A DNA stretch of 52,651 nt from an uncultured Zetaproteobacteria bacterium (GCA_964505835.1 CAZDJY010000001.1:1-52651); one strand, 5' to 3'; counted from the first letter of the stretch, positions 8,964-17,722 are shown. Translations and numbers: made by a program. Notes: generated by a model not told the origin, from the letters alone.

Positions 8964-10334
8964 TCAGGCCCTAATGAGATTGACCGCCAGCAGCGCATGG
9001 CCGCCCGGGTCGCAGGGCAGCGAAACTTTGACCTGATGGCCGCTGCCGGGGGCAACCTGCATAGGTTGTCCGCGTCTGGCATCCTGCATGGCATTCAGCG
9101 TAAAGGTGCGATTTCCTTCCGGGCAGATCAGTTCAATCGAATCGCCGATGGCGAATTTATTCTTCACCACAACCTCGGCCATGCCTGAGCCGGCATCGAA
9201 ATCGACGATCTCGCCGACAAAGCGCTGGCTTAGAAATTGAGAGCTTCCGGTTTCGTAATTCTGTGATGCCGAGGCGCGTTTGCGGGTATAAAAACCGTCG
9301 GTATAGCCTCGGTTGGCCAGAGCATCGAGCTTGGCCAGCAGTGCAGAATCGAACGGCTTTCCGGCTACGGCATCGTCGATGGCCTGACGATAAGCCTGAG
9401 CCGTGCGGGCTACATAATAATGCGATTTGGTGCGGCCCTCGATTTTCAGCGAGTCCACACCGATCTCGACAAGTCGTCCGACATGCTCGATGGCGCGCAG
9501 GTCCTTCGAGTTCATGATGTAGGTGCCCTGTTTATCCTCGAAGATGGGCATCGCCTCGTCCGGCCGGTTCGGTTCGCTCAGGGTGTACACCTGATCGGCC
9601 AGCGGGTGCCGTTCGACGTGACCTGTTTCGGCGAAAGGCTGGGCATTCAAGCCATTGAGGACCTCGGAGGTGATGTTCTGAACCGGAATGACATCGCCGC
9701 TGACATCCTCGGCCGCCGCCTTCATGCCGTATTCCCAACGGCAGGCATTGGTGCATGTGCCCTGATTGGCATCGCGATGATTGAAATAGCCGGATAACAG
9801 GCAGCGGCCGGAATAGGCGATACACAGCGCCCCGTGTACGAATACCTCGATCTCCATGTCCGGGCACTGCTGTCGGATTTCGGCCACTTCATCCAGGCCC
9901 AGCTCGCGCGACAGAATAACCCGGGAAACGCCCACCGACTGCCAGAATTTCACGGCCTGCCAGTTCATCGTATTGGCCTGAACCGAAAGATGAATCGGAA
10001 CCTCGGGCCAGCGGTCGCGAACCATGGCGATCAGGCCCGGGTCGGCCATGATCAGTGCATCAGGCCCCATATCGATCACCGGTTGCATATGTTCCAGATA
10101 ACGCTTGAGCTTGTTGTTGTGTGGCAGAAGGTTGCTGGCGACAAAAAACTTTTTGCCCAGTGCATGCGCCTCGTCGATGCCGGTTTTCAGGTTCTCCATC
10201 TGAAAATCGTTATTGCGCACGCGCAAGGAATAACGCGGTTGACCGGCATAAACGGCATCGGCGCCGTAGGCAAAGGCATAGCGCATATTGTTCAGCGTGC
10301 CGGCAGGAGCCAGCAGTTCGGGTTGAAGGGTCAT
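8964..10334 (-). CDS. yegQ: U32 family peptidase, YegQ/TrhP-like
   Basis: The N-terminus PELLAPAGTLNNMRYAFAYGADAVYAGQPRYSLRVRNNDF and EVFVHGALCIAYSGRCLLSGY...GTCTNACRWEY closely follow E. coli YegQ as I remember it. ATGA overlap with the upstream gene's stop. Confidence 0.9.
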   Translation of the reverse strand: MTLQPELLAPAGTLNNMRYAFAYGADAVYAGQPRYSLRVRNNDFQMENLKTGIDEAHALGKKFFVASNLLPHNNKLKRYLEHMQPVIDMGPDALIMADPGLIAMVRDRWPEVPIHLSVQANTMNWQAVKFWQSVGVSRVILSRELGLDEVAEIRQQCPDMEIEVFVHGALCIAYSGRCLLSGYFNHRDANQGTCTNACRWEYGMKAAAEDVSGDVIPVQNITSEVLNGLNAQPFAETGHVERHPLADQVYTLSEPNRPDEAMPIFEDKQGTYIMNSKDLRAIEHVGRLVEIGVDSLKIEGRTKSHYYVARTAQAYRQAIDDAVAGKPFDSALLAKLDALANRGYTDGFYTRKRASASQNYETGSSQFLSQRFVGEIVDFDAGSGMAEVVVKNKFAIGDSIELICPEGNRTFTLNAMQDARRGQPMQVAPGSGHQVKVSLPCDPGGHALLAVNLIRA

Positions 10335-11618
10335 GATTCCGCCTGTGTTGCTTGTGCAGCTGTTTCGCTCTGGCGCACCAGATCCTTAATCAGCGTCAGA
10401 TGGAGGCGCAGGTTATAGAGTTCATCGGCATAGGAAAGTGGAACATTGATCTTGCGGATTTCCGACTCAATCCGATCCAGCTCCGCCATGGCATTGAGAG
10501 CCGTCGGGGCATCCACGTGCAGGCTCCGGGCGATCTCACCCAGCTCCTTGTACCAGCGATAGATGCGTGAGCGTACCCGCCAGCGATACAAGGGCGGCAT
10601 AACTTTGAACAGCGGCAGCAGCAGGGCCAGGAATGGCAAGAGCATCACCTTCAGGCGGTCGATCATGGTGGCCGCCCAGAAAGGCAGAAAGCGCTGCAGC
10701 AAAGGGGGTCCGGATACATAATAGCGCTTTGCCTCACGGCTCAACGGGCCATCGGCAAAGGCGGGTGTAGGAAACTGACTGGCCTTTTCGAACAGGCCAG
10801 TCTTGCTGAATACGGCTGTGGCAGCCTGCATCATCAGATCCTGCAGGGCCGGGTGAAAATCATCCTGGATCATCAGTGTGGCTGTGGTGGCCAGCAAACG
10901 GGTATCGGCATTCGGGATGTTACCCTGCAGATCAATCGCGCCTTCAGGCAGGGTGATCGGGGAAAGAAAATGCATGTTGCTGGCATAGCCCGGGGCACGC
11001 CGGAAATGCATCAAGCGGATAGCCGGCTCATGCAGCAGACGCTGAACATGGGCGCTTTTTACCGAGGCGACAAAGAATGCCGCATCGGCCTTTCCCTGCA
11101 GCAACATTTCCACGGCTCTGGCCGACGTGCTATCGAGCAACGTGGTATTATCGTTCGTGATACCATTGGCATTGAGCAGCTGCACGGCCAGTGCGCGGGT
11201 ACCGCTGCCGGCCTGACCGATCGCAATACGCTGACCGAGCAACTCGGTCAGTTGCGCCGGATTACTGCGGCTGAAGACCCAGAGTGGTTCGTAATACATG
11301 CTGCCCAGTGAATGCATACCCTTATACGGGGGGGTGGCTGATGCCGCCCTGTACAAAGGCGACATCTGCGGTCTTTTGTTGCAGACGACTGATGTTCTCA
11401 GCCGAACCGGCCGAGTTCTGTATCTCTACACTGACGCCGCGCCGGGCCAGATAATCGCGTAATTGTTCGGCGTAAGCACTATAGGCGCCGCCGGGCTGGC
11501 CGGCAGATAATGTCAGGCTGGATGGCGGGGCCGGATCGACGAACTGGAAAGCGATGATGAAGCCCAACAGGGCAATCAGCAGGGCCGGAAGATAGGTTCT
11601 CAGAGCGTGGGCATGCAT
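10331..11618 (-). pseudogene. TAXI-type (TRAP-associated) solute-binding protein gene, frameshifted in a homopolymer
   Basis: The N-terminal 98-aa ORF (11322-11618) and the 344-aa ORF (10331-11365) are consecutive parts of one protein (…DVAFVQGGISHPP / YKGMHSLGSMYYEPLWVF…). The frames switch inside the G7 run 11328-11334, and removing one G restores a single ORF. Confidence 0.6.
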
Positions 11619-11687
11619 GCCTATAGTGTAGAAGCCGGTGCAATGGTTGCAAGATGCGGGCGGATCGGGGGCTGGTTGAAGCGGGGG

Positions 11688-12182
11688 CTAATGCTGCTTT
11701 TTGGGAAAATCGAAGTCGACCAGTTCACCGTTGGCGGCGGTCTGTTGCCAGCTGTTGATGGGGAATTTCAACGTCACGATGCCAGCTGTCGGTACATTAT
11801 CGATGTCAGCGGCCGGGCACAGGCGGTTGGCGAGATCGGTGATGCCCGGGTTATGGGCTAGCAGGGCCAGCGTATCGACCTGCTCCGGGGTGTGTATAAT
11901 CGCATCGAGCAGGATCGCGGGGCTGGCCAGATACAATTCATCGCGCCAATCGATCTGTTCGGCGGGAAAAGACAGTTGCGCTGCCATCAAACGGGCTGTC
12001 TGCATGGCCCGACAGGCTGAACTTGCCATAAAGGCATCGGGTATCAGGCCGCGTGCAAAAGCGTGCTCGGCCATCATGGGGGCATCAGCAAGGCCTCGTC
12101 TGTTCAGTTGACGCTCAACATCGCTGGCCTGCAAATCGCTCCAGTCGGATTTGGCATGCCGGATCAGCATCAGTGTTTTCAT
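11688..12182 (-). CDS. Histidine phosphatase family protein (SixA-like)
   Basis: The RHA motif in MLIRHAKS and a second His in LLAHNPG. Start trimmed to ATG 12182 (AAGG 8 nt upstream). Confidence 0.7.
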   Translation of the reverse strand: MKTLMLIRHAKSDWSDLQASDVERQLNRRGLADAPMMAEHAFARGLIPDAFMASSACRAMQTARLMAAQLSFPAEQIDWRDELYLASPAILLDAIIHTPEQVDTLALLAHNPGITDLANRLCPAADIDNVPTAGIVTLKFPINSWQQTAANGELVDFDFPKKQH

Positions 12183-12196
12183 CGGGTGAGCCTTCA

Positions 12197-12817
12197 CTAT
12201 GCTTGCGGAAGATTCAAGTTAAGCCGCCATGCCAACAGGCGTATGGCGGTGGTGAGCAGCATGACAGACCAGATAATCGGGCCTCCTGCAACATTCAGTT
12301 CACTGAGCGCCAAATAGGTCAGTGCTCCAACGAGGCTTGCCGAGGCATAGATCTCTTTCTTCAGGATGAACGGCACCTCGGCAACCAGCATGGCCCGCAG
12401 TACACCGCCGCCGGTGGCAGTGAGCATGGCAATGAACAGGATGCCGATACTGCCGAGCCCGGCCTGATCGCCCACCCAGGCGCCGACCAGCGTGAATACG
12501 CCGAGGCCGAGCGCATCAAAGCCGATCAACCAGCTTTCCTGCTCACGGATGGTTCGGCCCCAGAAAAAAGCGGCCATGCCGACAACAACTGCGATGATAA
12601 GATAGGTCTGGTCGGCAAAGGCGGCTGGCGGGTGACGGCCGATCAGGGCATCGCGCATCATGCCACCACCCATGGCGGTGACGACAGCCAGCACGACCGC
12701 CCCCATCAGATCGAGCTTGTGGGTCAGAGCTCTGAGTGCACCGGTCAGGGCAAAGACAGCCGTGCCAAAGAGATCGAGAAAATGCACGGTGGGCGGCAAT
12801 GGCGTGGCTGCAATCAT
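12197..12817 (-). CDS. Trimeric intracellular cation channel (UPF0126/YadS) family protein
   Basis: Two UPF0126 repeats (FGTAVFALTGALRA...GGGMMRDAL and GLGVFTLVGAW...TATGGGVLRAML) and seven TM segments. Confidence 0.8.
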   Translation of the reverse strand: MIAATPLPPTVHFLDLFGTAVFALTGALRALTHKLDLMGAVVLAVVTAMGGGMMRDALIGRHPPAAFADQTYLIIAVVVGMAAFFWGRTIREQESWLIGFDALGLGVFTLVGAWVGDQAGLGSIGILFIAMLTATGGGVLRAMLVAEVPFILKKEIYASASLVGALTYLALSELNVAGGPIIWSVMLLTTAIRLLAWRLNLNLPQA

Positions 12818-12892
12818 GAAAACCTCTCTGGACGGCGCAATGGCGGGCGCGAACCATAGCCGGGAAGCTCCGGCATTGAAGTAGTGCGGGCC

Positions 12893-14071
12893 TCAGACTG
12901 CCTGGCCGGCGACATAACCGGAGGACCAGGCCCACTGGAAATTGAATCCTCCAAGATGACCGGTCACATCCACAACCTCGCCGATAAAATACAGGCCATC
13001 AATCTTGTTGGCCTGCATGGTTTTCGAGGACAGGTCGCGGGTATCGACACCGCCGACGGTGACCTCGGCCGTGCGATAACCCTCGCTGGCTGCAGGTTTC
13101 AGCTGCAAATGCGTAAGCGATACTGCAATGTGCTGAAGCTGTTTGTTCGATAGTTGTTTCAGCGGCCGGTTCGATAGTTTCAGCGATGTAATCAGATGCT
13201 GAACCAGTCGTTTGGGCAGGACTGTCGCCAGAACATTGTCCAGGCGCATATCCCGGTGAGTCTGCTCCTGTTCGGCAAGCCATGCCTCGGTATCAAGGCC
13301 CGGTAACAGATTGATGTCCAGAGCATCACCCGGTCGCCAGTAGGAGGATATCTGCAGCACGGCCGGGCCGGAGATGCCGCGATGGGTGAACAGCAGTGCC
13401 TCGCGGAACGACTGGCCGCGGCAATGAATGCGCACGTCCAGCGAGATGCCTGCCAAAGCCTGCAGAGCATCTTTTTCCGTACCGGTGAAACGCAGCGGCA
13501 CAAGTCCGGCAACGGGTTCAACAATGCGCAGACCGAACTGACGGGCGATGTCGATGCCGAAAGCGCTCGCTCCCAGCTTGGGGATGGACAGCCCACCGCT
13601 GGCAATGACAAGCGATGCAGCGCTGAATTCGCCGTGGTCGGTGAGCAGTTGGAAATGATCTTTTTTGTCAATTCTCTCGACTGTGGTCTTCAATTGCATA
13701 CGCACGCTGAACGTCCGGCAGGGCTTAAGCAGTAGTTCCAGAATGTCTTGCGCCGAATGATCACAAAATAACTGACCATGCTCGCGCTCGTGCCAGGCGA
13801 TACCGTTCGCTTCAACAAGCGCCAGAAAATCAGCTGCGCTGAATCTCGCCAGCGGGCCTTTGCAAAAATGCGGGTTGGCCGAGATAAAGTTTTCGGCGCT
13901 GGTGTAATGATTGGTGAAGTTGCAGCGACCACCTCCGGAAATAAGAATCTTTTTACCTGGCTGATCGGCATGGTCGATAAGCAGCACGGAGCGGCCGCCC
14001 GCCGCTGCGGTACCGGCGCACATCAGGCCGGCCGCACCCGCTCCGATGATGATCACGTCATAATGCTGCAT
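12893..14071 (-). CDS. HI0933/YhiN (BaiN-type) NAD(P)/FAD-dependent oxidoreductase
   Basis: The dinucleotide fold YDVIIIGAGAAGLMCA followed by PGKKILISGGGRCNFTN. Start trimmed to MQHYD (14071). Confidence 0.85.
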   Translation of the reverse strand: MQHYDVIIIGAGAAGLMCAGTAAAGGRSVLLIDHADQPGKKILISGGGRCNFTNHYTSAENFISANPHFCKGPLARFSAADFLALVEANGIAWHEREHGQLFCDHSAQDILELLLKPCRTFSVRMQLKTTVERIDKKDHFQLLTDHGEFSAASLVIASGGLSIPKLGASAFGIDIARQFGLRIVEPVAGLVPLRFTGTEKDALQALAGISLDVRIHCRGQSFREALLFTHRGISGPAVLQISSYWRPGDALDINLLPGLDTEAWLAEQEQTHRDMRLDNVLATVLPKRLVQHLITSLKLSNRPLKQLSNKQLQHIAVSLTHLQLKPAASEGYRTAEVTVGGVDTRDLSSKTMQANKIDGLYFIGEVVDVTGHLGGFNFQWAWSSGYVAGQAV

Positions 14072-14172
14072 GCCCCGGATTGTCGCAGCGGATGCAGGTG
14101 GCGCAAGGGGCGGGTGTTTCATCCTCTTTTCATGCAGGCAAGTCTAACATGGCGTGTGAATCTGGAGGTTTT

Positions 14173-14805
14173 ATGCAGCGAATTTCTGTCAATCACTGGC
14201 TTTTGAACTGCTTCGGCTCTGCCCTGATTATGATGATGGTGGCGCCCTCGGGAGCTGCCGCAACGACGGAAAAAACCGCTGTGGCCACCTTCGCCGGCGG
14301 ATGTTTTTGGTGCATGGAACATCCATTCGATGCATTGAAGGGCGTGCTTTCAACGACCTCGGGTTATACCGGCGGGGATAAGGCTGATCCGACCTATCAT
14401 GAGGTGTCGGCCGGCAGTACCGGACATGCCGAATCGGTGCAGGTACTCTACGACCCGGCGTTGGTCAGTTACGAAAAACTGCTTGAAGTGTATTGGCATA
14501 ATGTCGATCCGACGACGCCCAACCGCCAGTTCTGCGATGTGGGTACGCAATACCGTCCGGCCATCTTTTATCACGATGAACAGCAGAAGGCTTTGGCCGA
14601 GGCTTCCCGGGATCGATTGCAGAAAGAGAAAAAATTTGACGGTAATATTGTCGTTGAAATTACACCTGCATCGACCTTCTATGCGGCCGAGGATTATCAT
14701 CAGGATTATTATCTAAAGAATCCGATCCGCTACAAATTCTATCGATACAACTGCGGTCGCGATCAACGCTTGCGCCAGTTGTGGGGCGAGGTGGAACATG
14801 AATAG
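14173..14805 (+). CDS. msrA: Peptide-methionine (S)-S-oxide reductase, exported form
   Basis: Active site GGCFWCME preceded by a cleavable-looking Sec signal (LIMMMVAPSGAAA). GGAGG lies 4 nt before ATG 14173. Confidence 0.9.
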   Translation: MQRISVNHWLLNCFGSALIMMMVAPSGAAATTEKTAVATFAGGCFWCMEHPFDALKGVLSTTSGYTGGDKADPTYHEVSAGSTGHAESVQVLYDPALVSYEKLLEVYWHNVDPTTPNRQFCDVGTQYRPAIFYHDEQQKALAEASRDRLQKEKKFDGNIVVEITPASTFYAAEDYHQDYYLKNPIRYKFYRYNCGRDQRLRQLWGEVEHE

Positions 14806-15295
14806 ACGTCAGTTTATCCAGCTATCGGCGCTGGCAGGCATTTCGGCAGCTGTCGCACCGTTCATCAGGTCGGCATGGGCCGATCATACAGGAGGCCGCG
14901 GCATGATTGAAAAAATCGAGAAATCGGATGAAGAATGGCGCCAGTTGTTGAGTCCGGAGGCATTCGATGTGTTGCGTCGCGAGGGCACTGAGCGGCCACA
15001 TAGCAGTCCTTTAAACAAGGTCTATGACGAGGGCACTTATGTCTGTGCCGGATGCGACCTGCCCTTGTTTACCTCGGCGACGAAATTCGACAGCGGTACC
15101 GGATGGCCGAGCTTTTTTGCTCCGATTGAGGGGCATACTGAAACGAAGCGCGACTTCAAGATGATCTTGCCGCGCACCGAATATCACTGCGCTCGCTGCG
15201 GTGGTCACCAAGGGCATGTGTTTGAGGATGGCCCGAAGCCGACCGGCCAGCGCTGGTGTAATAATGGCGTGGCGTTGAAGTTCATTCCGGCCTGA
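14798..15295 (+). CDS. msrB: Peptide-methionine (R)-S-oxide reductase with a twin-arginine signal
   Basis: Tat-type N-terminus MNRRQFIQLSALAGISAAVAPFIRSAWA. Zinc CxxC pairs (CAGCD, CARCG) and the catalytic region RWCNNG. Overlaps the msrA 3' end by 8 nt. Confidence 0.9.
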   Translation: MNRRQFIQLSALAGISAAVAPFIRSAWADHTGGRGMIEKIEKSDEEWRQLLSPEAFDVLRREGTERPHSSPLNKVYDEGTYVCAGCDLPLFTSATKFDSGTGWPSFFAPIEGHTETKRDFKMILPRTEYHCARCGGHQGHVFEDGPKPTGQRWCNNGVALKFIPA

Positions 15296-15330
15296 TCGGT
15301 TCTGCAGTTGCCTTGGGGGCAGCTCCGGGT

Positions 15331-15963
15331 TTAGGGCTTGTTCCTGTTTTTCTTCCGGTTGCGCGGTTTTCTTTGTGCCCGTTTTGTCTTTGCTCTGGCA
15401 TTTTTTCCGGCCTTGCGTGTCCTTTTTTTGTTCACTTTCTTACGGCTCTGCTTTTTGTTCTGTTTACGGGTTTTCGGCTTGGGCGAGGGTTTGTTGGATG
15501 CAACAGGCGTAGTCCGGGGCACTGGCTTTGTCTGAGGTTCCGGGTTGATGGCAGGCATGACAGGTGTTGCCAGCGGTGGCTGGCCGAAGCTCGGCAGACT
15601 ATAGACCCGGTCAGGGTGGGTCTTGGCGTACAAGGTCAGGGTTGAGCCGTCATTGCTGTAAAACCAGTCGCCTGCTTCCTCGGCGTGAGTCATCACCGGA
15701 TGGGAAGCGGTCCACGGGTCGTTGGGGATACTGCGGATGAGGCCGGCTCCGACCAGTTCATCAAGCATACCCGATGCAGGGCTGTATTCCTTCTGGATGC
15801 TGTAATCACGCAGCGCCTGGAATAGTTCGATTTCGCCGGCCAGTAGTTTCGCCTGATTCAGGTAGGTGTGATAGGACGGTATCGAGGTGGCAGCCAGTGT
15901 GCCTATGATGCCGACGCTTATCATTAATTCGATCAGGGTGAAGCCACGATAGTTGCGCATCAT
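15331..15963 (-). CDS. Prepilin-type (GspG-like pseudopilin) protein with a Pro-rich linker and a 53-aa polybasic C-terminal tail
   Basis: Class III signal MMRNYRG|FTLIELM (Gly-1, Phe+1, Glu+5). The globular part has GspG-like IPNDPW. The tail KPSPKPKTRKQNKKQSRKKVNKKRTRKAGKNARAKTKRAQRKPRNRKKNRNKP has 28 of 53 residues K/R and no acidic residue. Confidence 0.8.
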   Translation of the reverse strand: MMRNYRGFTLIELMISVGIIGTLAATSIPSYHTYLNQAKLLAGEIELFQALRDYSIQKEYSPASGMLDELVGAGLIRSIPNDPWTASHPVMTHAEEAGDWFYSNDGSTLTLYAKTHPDRVYSLPSFGQPPLATPVMPAINPEPQTKPVPRTTPVASNKPSPKPKTRKQNKKQSRKKVNKKRTRKAGKNARAKTKRAQRKPRNRKKNRNKP

Positions 15964-16625
15964 AGATATTCCATATGGGCCGGTTTTCGCGGCTCGGCAA
16001 GCAGCGAGCGCAGGCCGTAGGCCTCGGGATGCGGGCAGATAATGCGTAAGCCCTTGTCGGCATCGTAAACGATTAGAAAATCACTGTGCGTAACCGGATC
16101 CTGGAGTTGCTCGCGCGAGTCCATCATGATCGCCAGATCATCCATATCGGCCGGCGGGTGGCCTAGCTGGCTGGTAAAGTAGGCGGCCTGAAAGGCTGCA
16201 AACTCAAGACGGTGCCGGCAGTTGATCAGTTGTGACAATTGAGTGGAGAGAGCGGGTTCGGATGCAGGCCCGCTATCGGGCGAATAGCGCAGAAGGATAT
16301 AGCCGTTGGTGCCCAGGATCGCGAGCAACACAAGGGCCAGTGCTGAACGCACGACCCGTTTGATACGGCGCTGGCGTTGCAAGGAAAGCTTGCGTTTTTC
16401 CCTGTGGGCGTTGGCGCAGTTGCTGCATACGGTGTGTTCTCCGTTCTCCTTGCCGACACAATCCTCGCCGAATGGTTTGCGGCATAGCTGGCAGTAAAAA
16501 GTGGCGATTTCTTCGGCGTGATTGGTGCAGTAGATATAGGTTGTGCTGTGGCCGGTCTTGACTGTGAACGGGCGCCGGCGTTGGGCCGCTTCTGTTTGCT
16601 TTGCATTACCGTTTGTCTGCTTCAT
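15960..16625 (-). CDS. Membrane protein with an N-terminal B-box/zinc-ribbon-like Cys/His cluster
   Basis: CTNHAEEIATFYCQLCRKPFGEDCVGKENGEHTVCSNC, then a basic stretch, one TM (ALALVLLAILGTNGYILL) and a ~110-aa extracytoplasmic domain. GAGGT lies 4 nt before ATG 16625. The stop overlaps the pilin ATG (ATGA). Confidence 0.5.
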   Translation of the reverse strand: MKQTNGNAKQTEAAQRRRPFTVKTGHSTTYIYCTNHAEEIATFYCQLCRKPFGEDCVGKENGEHTVCSNCANAHREKRKLSLQRQRRIKRVVRSALALVLLAILGTNGYILLRYSPDSGPASEPALSTQLSQLINCRHRLEFAAFQAAYFTSQLGHPPADMDDLAIMMDSREQLQDPVTHSDFLIVYDADKGLRIICPHPEAYGLRSLLAEPRKPAHMEYL

Positions 16626-16700
16626 GCCGACCTCGCGCCATTTCCCCACCGTATTTCCCTCTATCAATTATCGGTCGAATGGGCTGCAACTTTAGCCGGA

Positions 16701-16734
16701 ATAAAAACGGCGACCCGGAATGGGGCCGCCGTTT
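16701..16734 (-). terminator. Intrinsic terminator downstream of the DUF481 gene
   Basis: The minus strand reads AAACGGCGGCCCC-ATTCC-GGGTCGCCGTTT followed by TTAT, which continues the stem's terminal T-run. Confidence 0.7.
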
Positions 16735-16753
16735 AATGTGAAACAGTTGAACT

Positions 16754-16783
16754 TAAGAATGCTCTGAAACACTCAGAGCATCT
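16754..16783. repeat. Solo hairpin resembling hairpin H1 of the structured element
   Basis: TAAGAATGCTCTGA-AACAC-TCAGAGCAT has a perfect 9-bp stem. Compare TAAGGATGCGCTGA-AAAAG-TCAGAGCAT at 22394. Confidence 0.35.
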
Positions 16784-16810
16784 TTACGGAGAATGGATGT
16801 GACAAACTTC

Positions 16811-17533
16811 TTAGAAATTCACCACCAGTGTGATGGCAGTTTCGGTGTCCAGTTTCTTGGTACCAGTCGGCACCTTGCTGTTATGTGTAAGGCTTAAGGA
16901 AATTTTACTCGACAGATGAGAGTTCAGCGCCGTCTGCAATGCGGTGACGGATTTGCTGGTCCAGCCCTTGGCGCCGCCCTCGGTACTCAAATCTTCTGTA
17001 AGCTTGGATGATTCACTGAACTGCCAGGCGGCATTCGTGGAGGCGCGGGCAATCGCCTCTGAGGTTGATGTTTTGTCGGTCAGCTTGCTTTGACGCAGAC
17101 CGCCGCCGATCTCAGCCTTCCATTCAAAGGTATCGCTCTTGATCAGTTGCCGACCATAACCGACGGTTTCGCTGGTGCGACGCTTGAATCCGGCAAAGCG
17201 GTCGCTTTCGAAGCCGAAGCGGATGAACAGATAATCCCGCTCACTCATCTTCCAGTCTTCCTGCAGGCTGGCCTCATATTTTTCTGCCGTTGTCGCATTA
17301 TTGGCTGAAGAGTTAACGGCATTACCGGTGATGGTGGTGCGCCATGCCTCACTTTCATAAATACTCTTGGCCTTTGCGTTGACGGTCAGCGTATGCGTGT
17401 TGCCTGCAGTCTGTACGGCGCCGAGCTCGATATTGGTTTTCCATGCCTGTTCCTCGCCAGCAGGTGCTTCAGAAGCGAAAACCGGTGCGCTCAGGGCGCA
17501 AGTGCAGAGCAGGGTAATGATGAATCGGAACAT
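16811..17533 (-). CDS. DUF481 (YdiY-like) outer-membrane beta-barrel protein
   Basis: Signal peptide MFRFIITLLCTCALSAPVFA, alternating beta-strand pattern and a C-terminal ...TLVVNF. AAGGAG lies 6 nt before ATG 17533. Confidence 0.75.
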   Translation of the reverse strand: MFRFIITLLCTCALSAPVFASEAPAGEEQAWKTNIELGAVQTAGNTHTLTVNAKAKSIYESEAWRTTITGNAVNSSANNATTAEKYEASLQEDWKMSERDYLFIRFGFESDRFAGFKRRTSETVGYGRQLIKSDTFEWKAEIGGGLRQSKLTDKTSTSEAIARASTNAAWQFSESSKLTEDLSTEGGAKGWTSKSVTALQTALNSHLSSKISLSLTHNSKVPTGTKKLDTETAITLVVNF

Positions 17534-17722
17534 TGTGAACTCCTTGGTTTGAATTGGTGGGGCATGATAGGAAGGCTTGGACTGAAGGCCAGTGAAAAAT
17601 ATCACTATGACGAGTGCTCCATTGCGCTGGGCGTAATCAATGCCCCTGGACGTGCGCAATTCGATCTATACTTGCAAAGGCGGCGCGTGAGAATAGAGCC
17701 TGACCTAAGCAGGAGGTGTTTC

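Noticed and set aside
15313-15645. 110-aa plus-strand ORF (and 15338-15535) opposite the pilin tail, rich in Phe/Leu/Cys.
   Set aside because: It is the complement of the Lys/Arg-codon-rich tail region and is low-complexity by construction. It has no SD and runs convergently into msrB.
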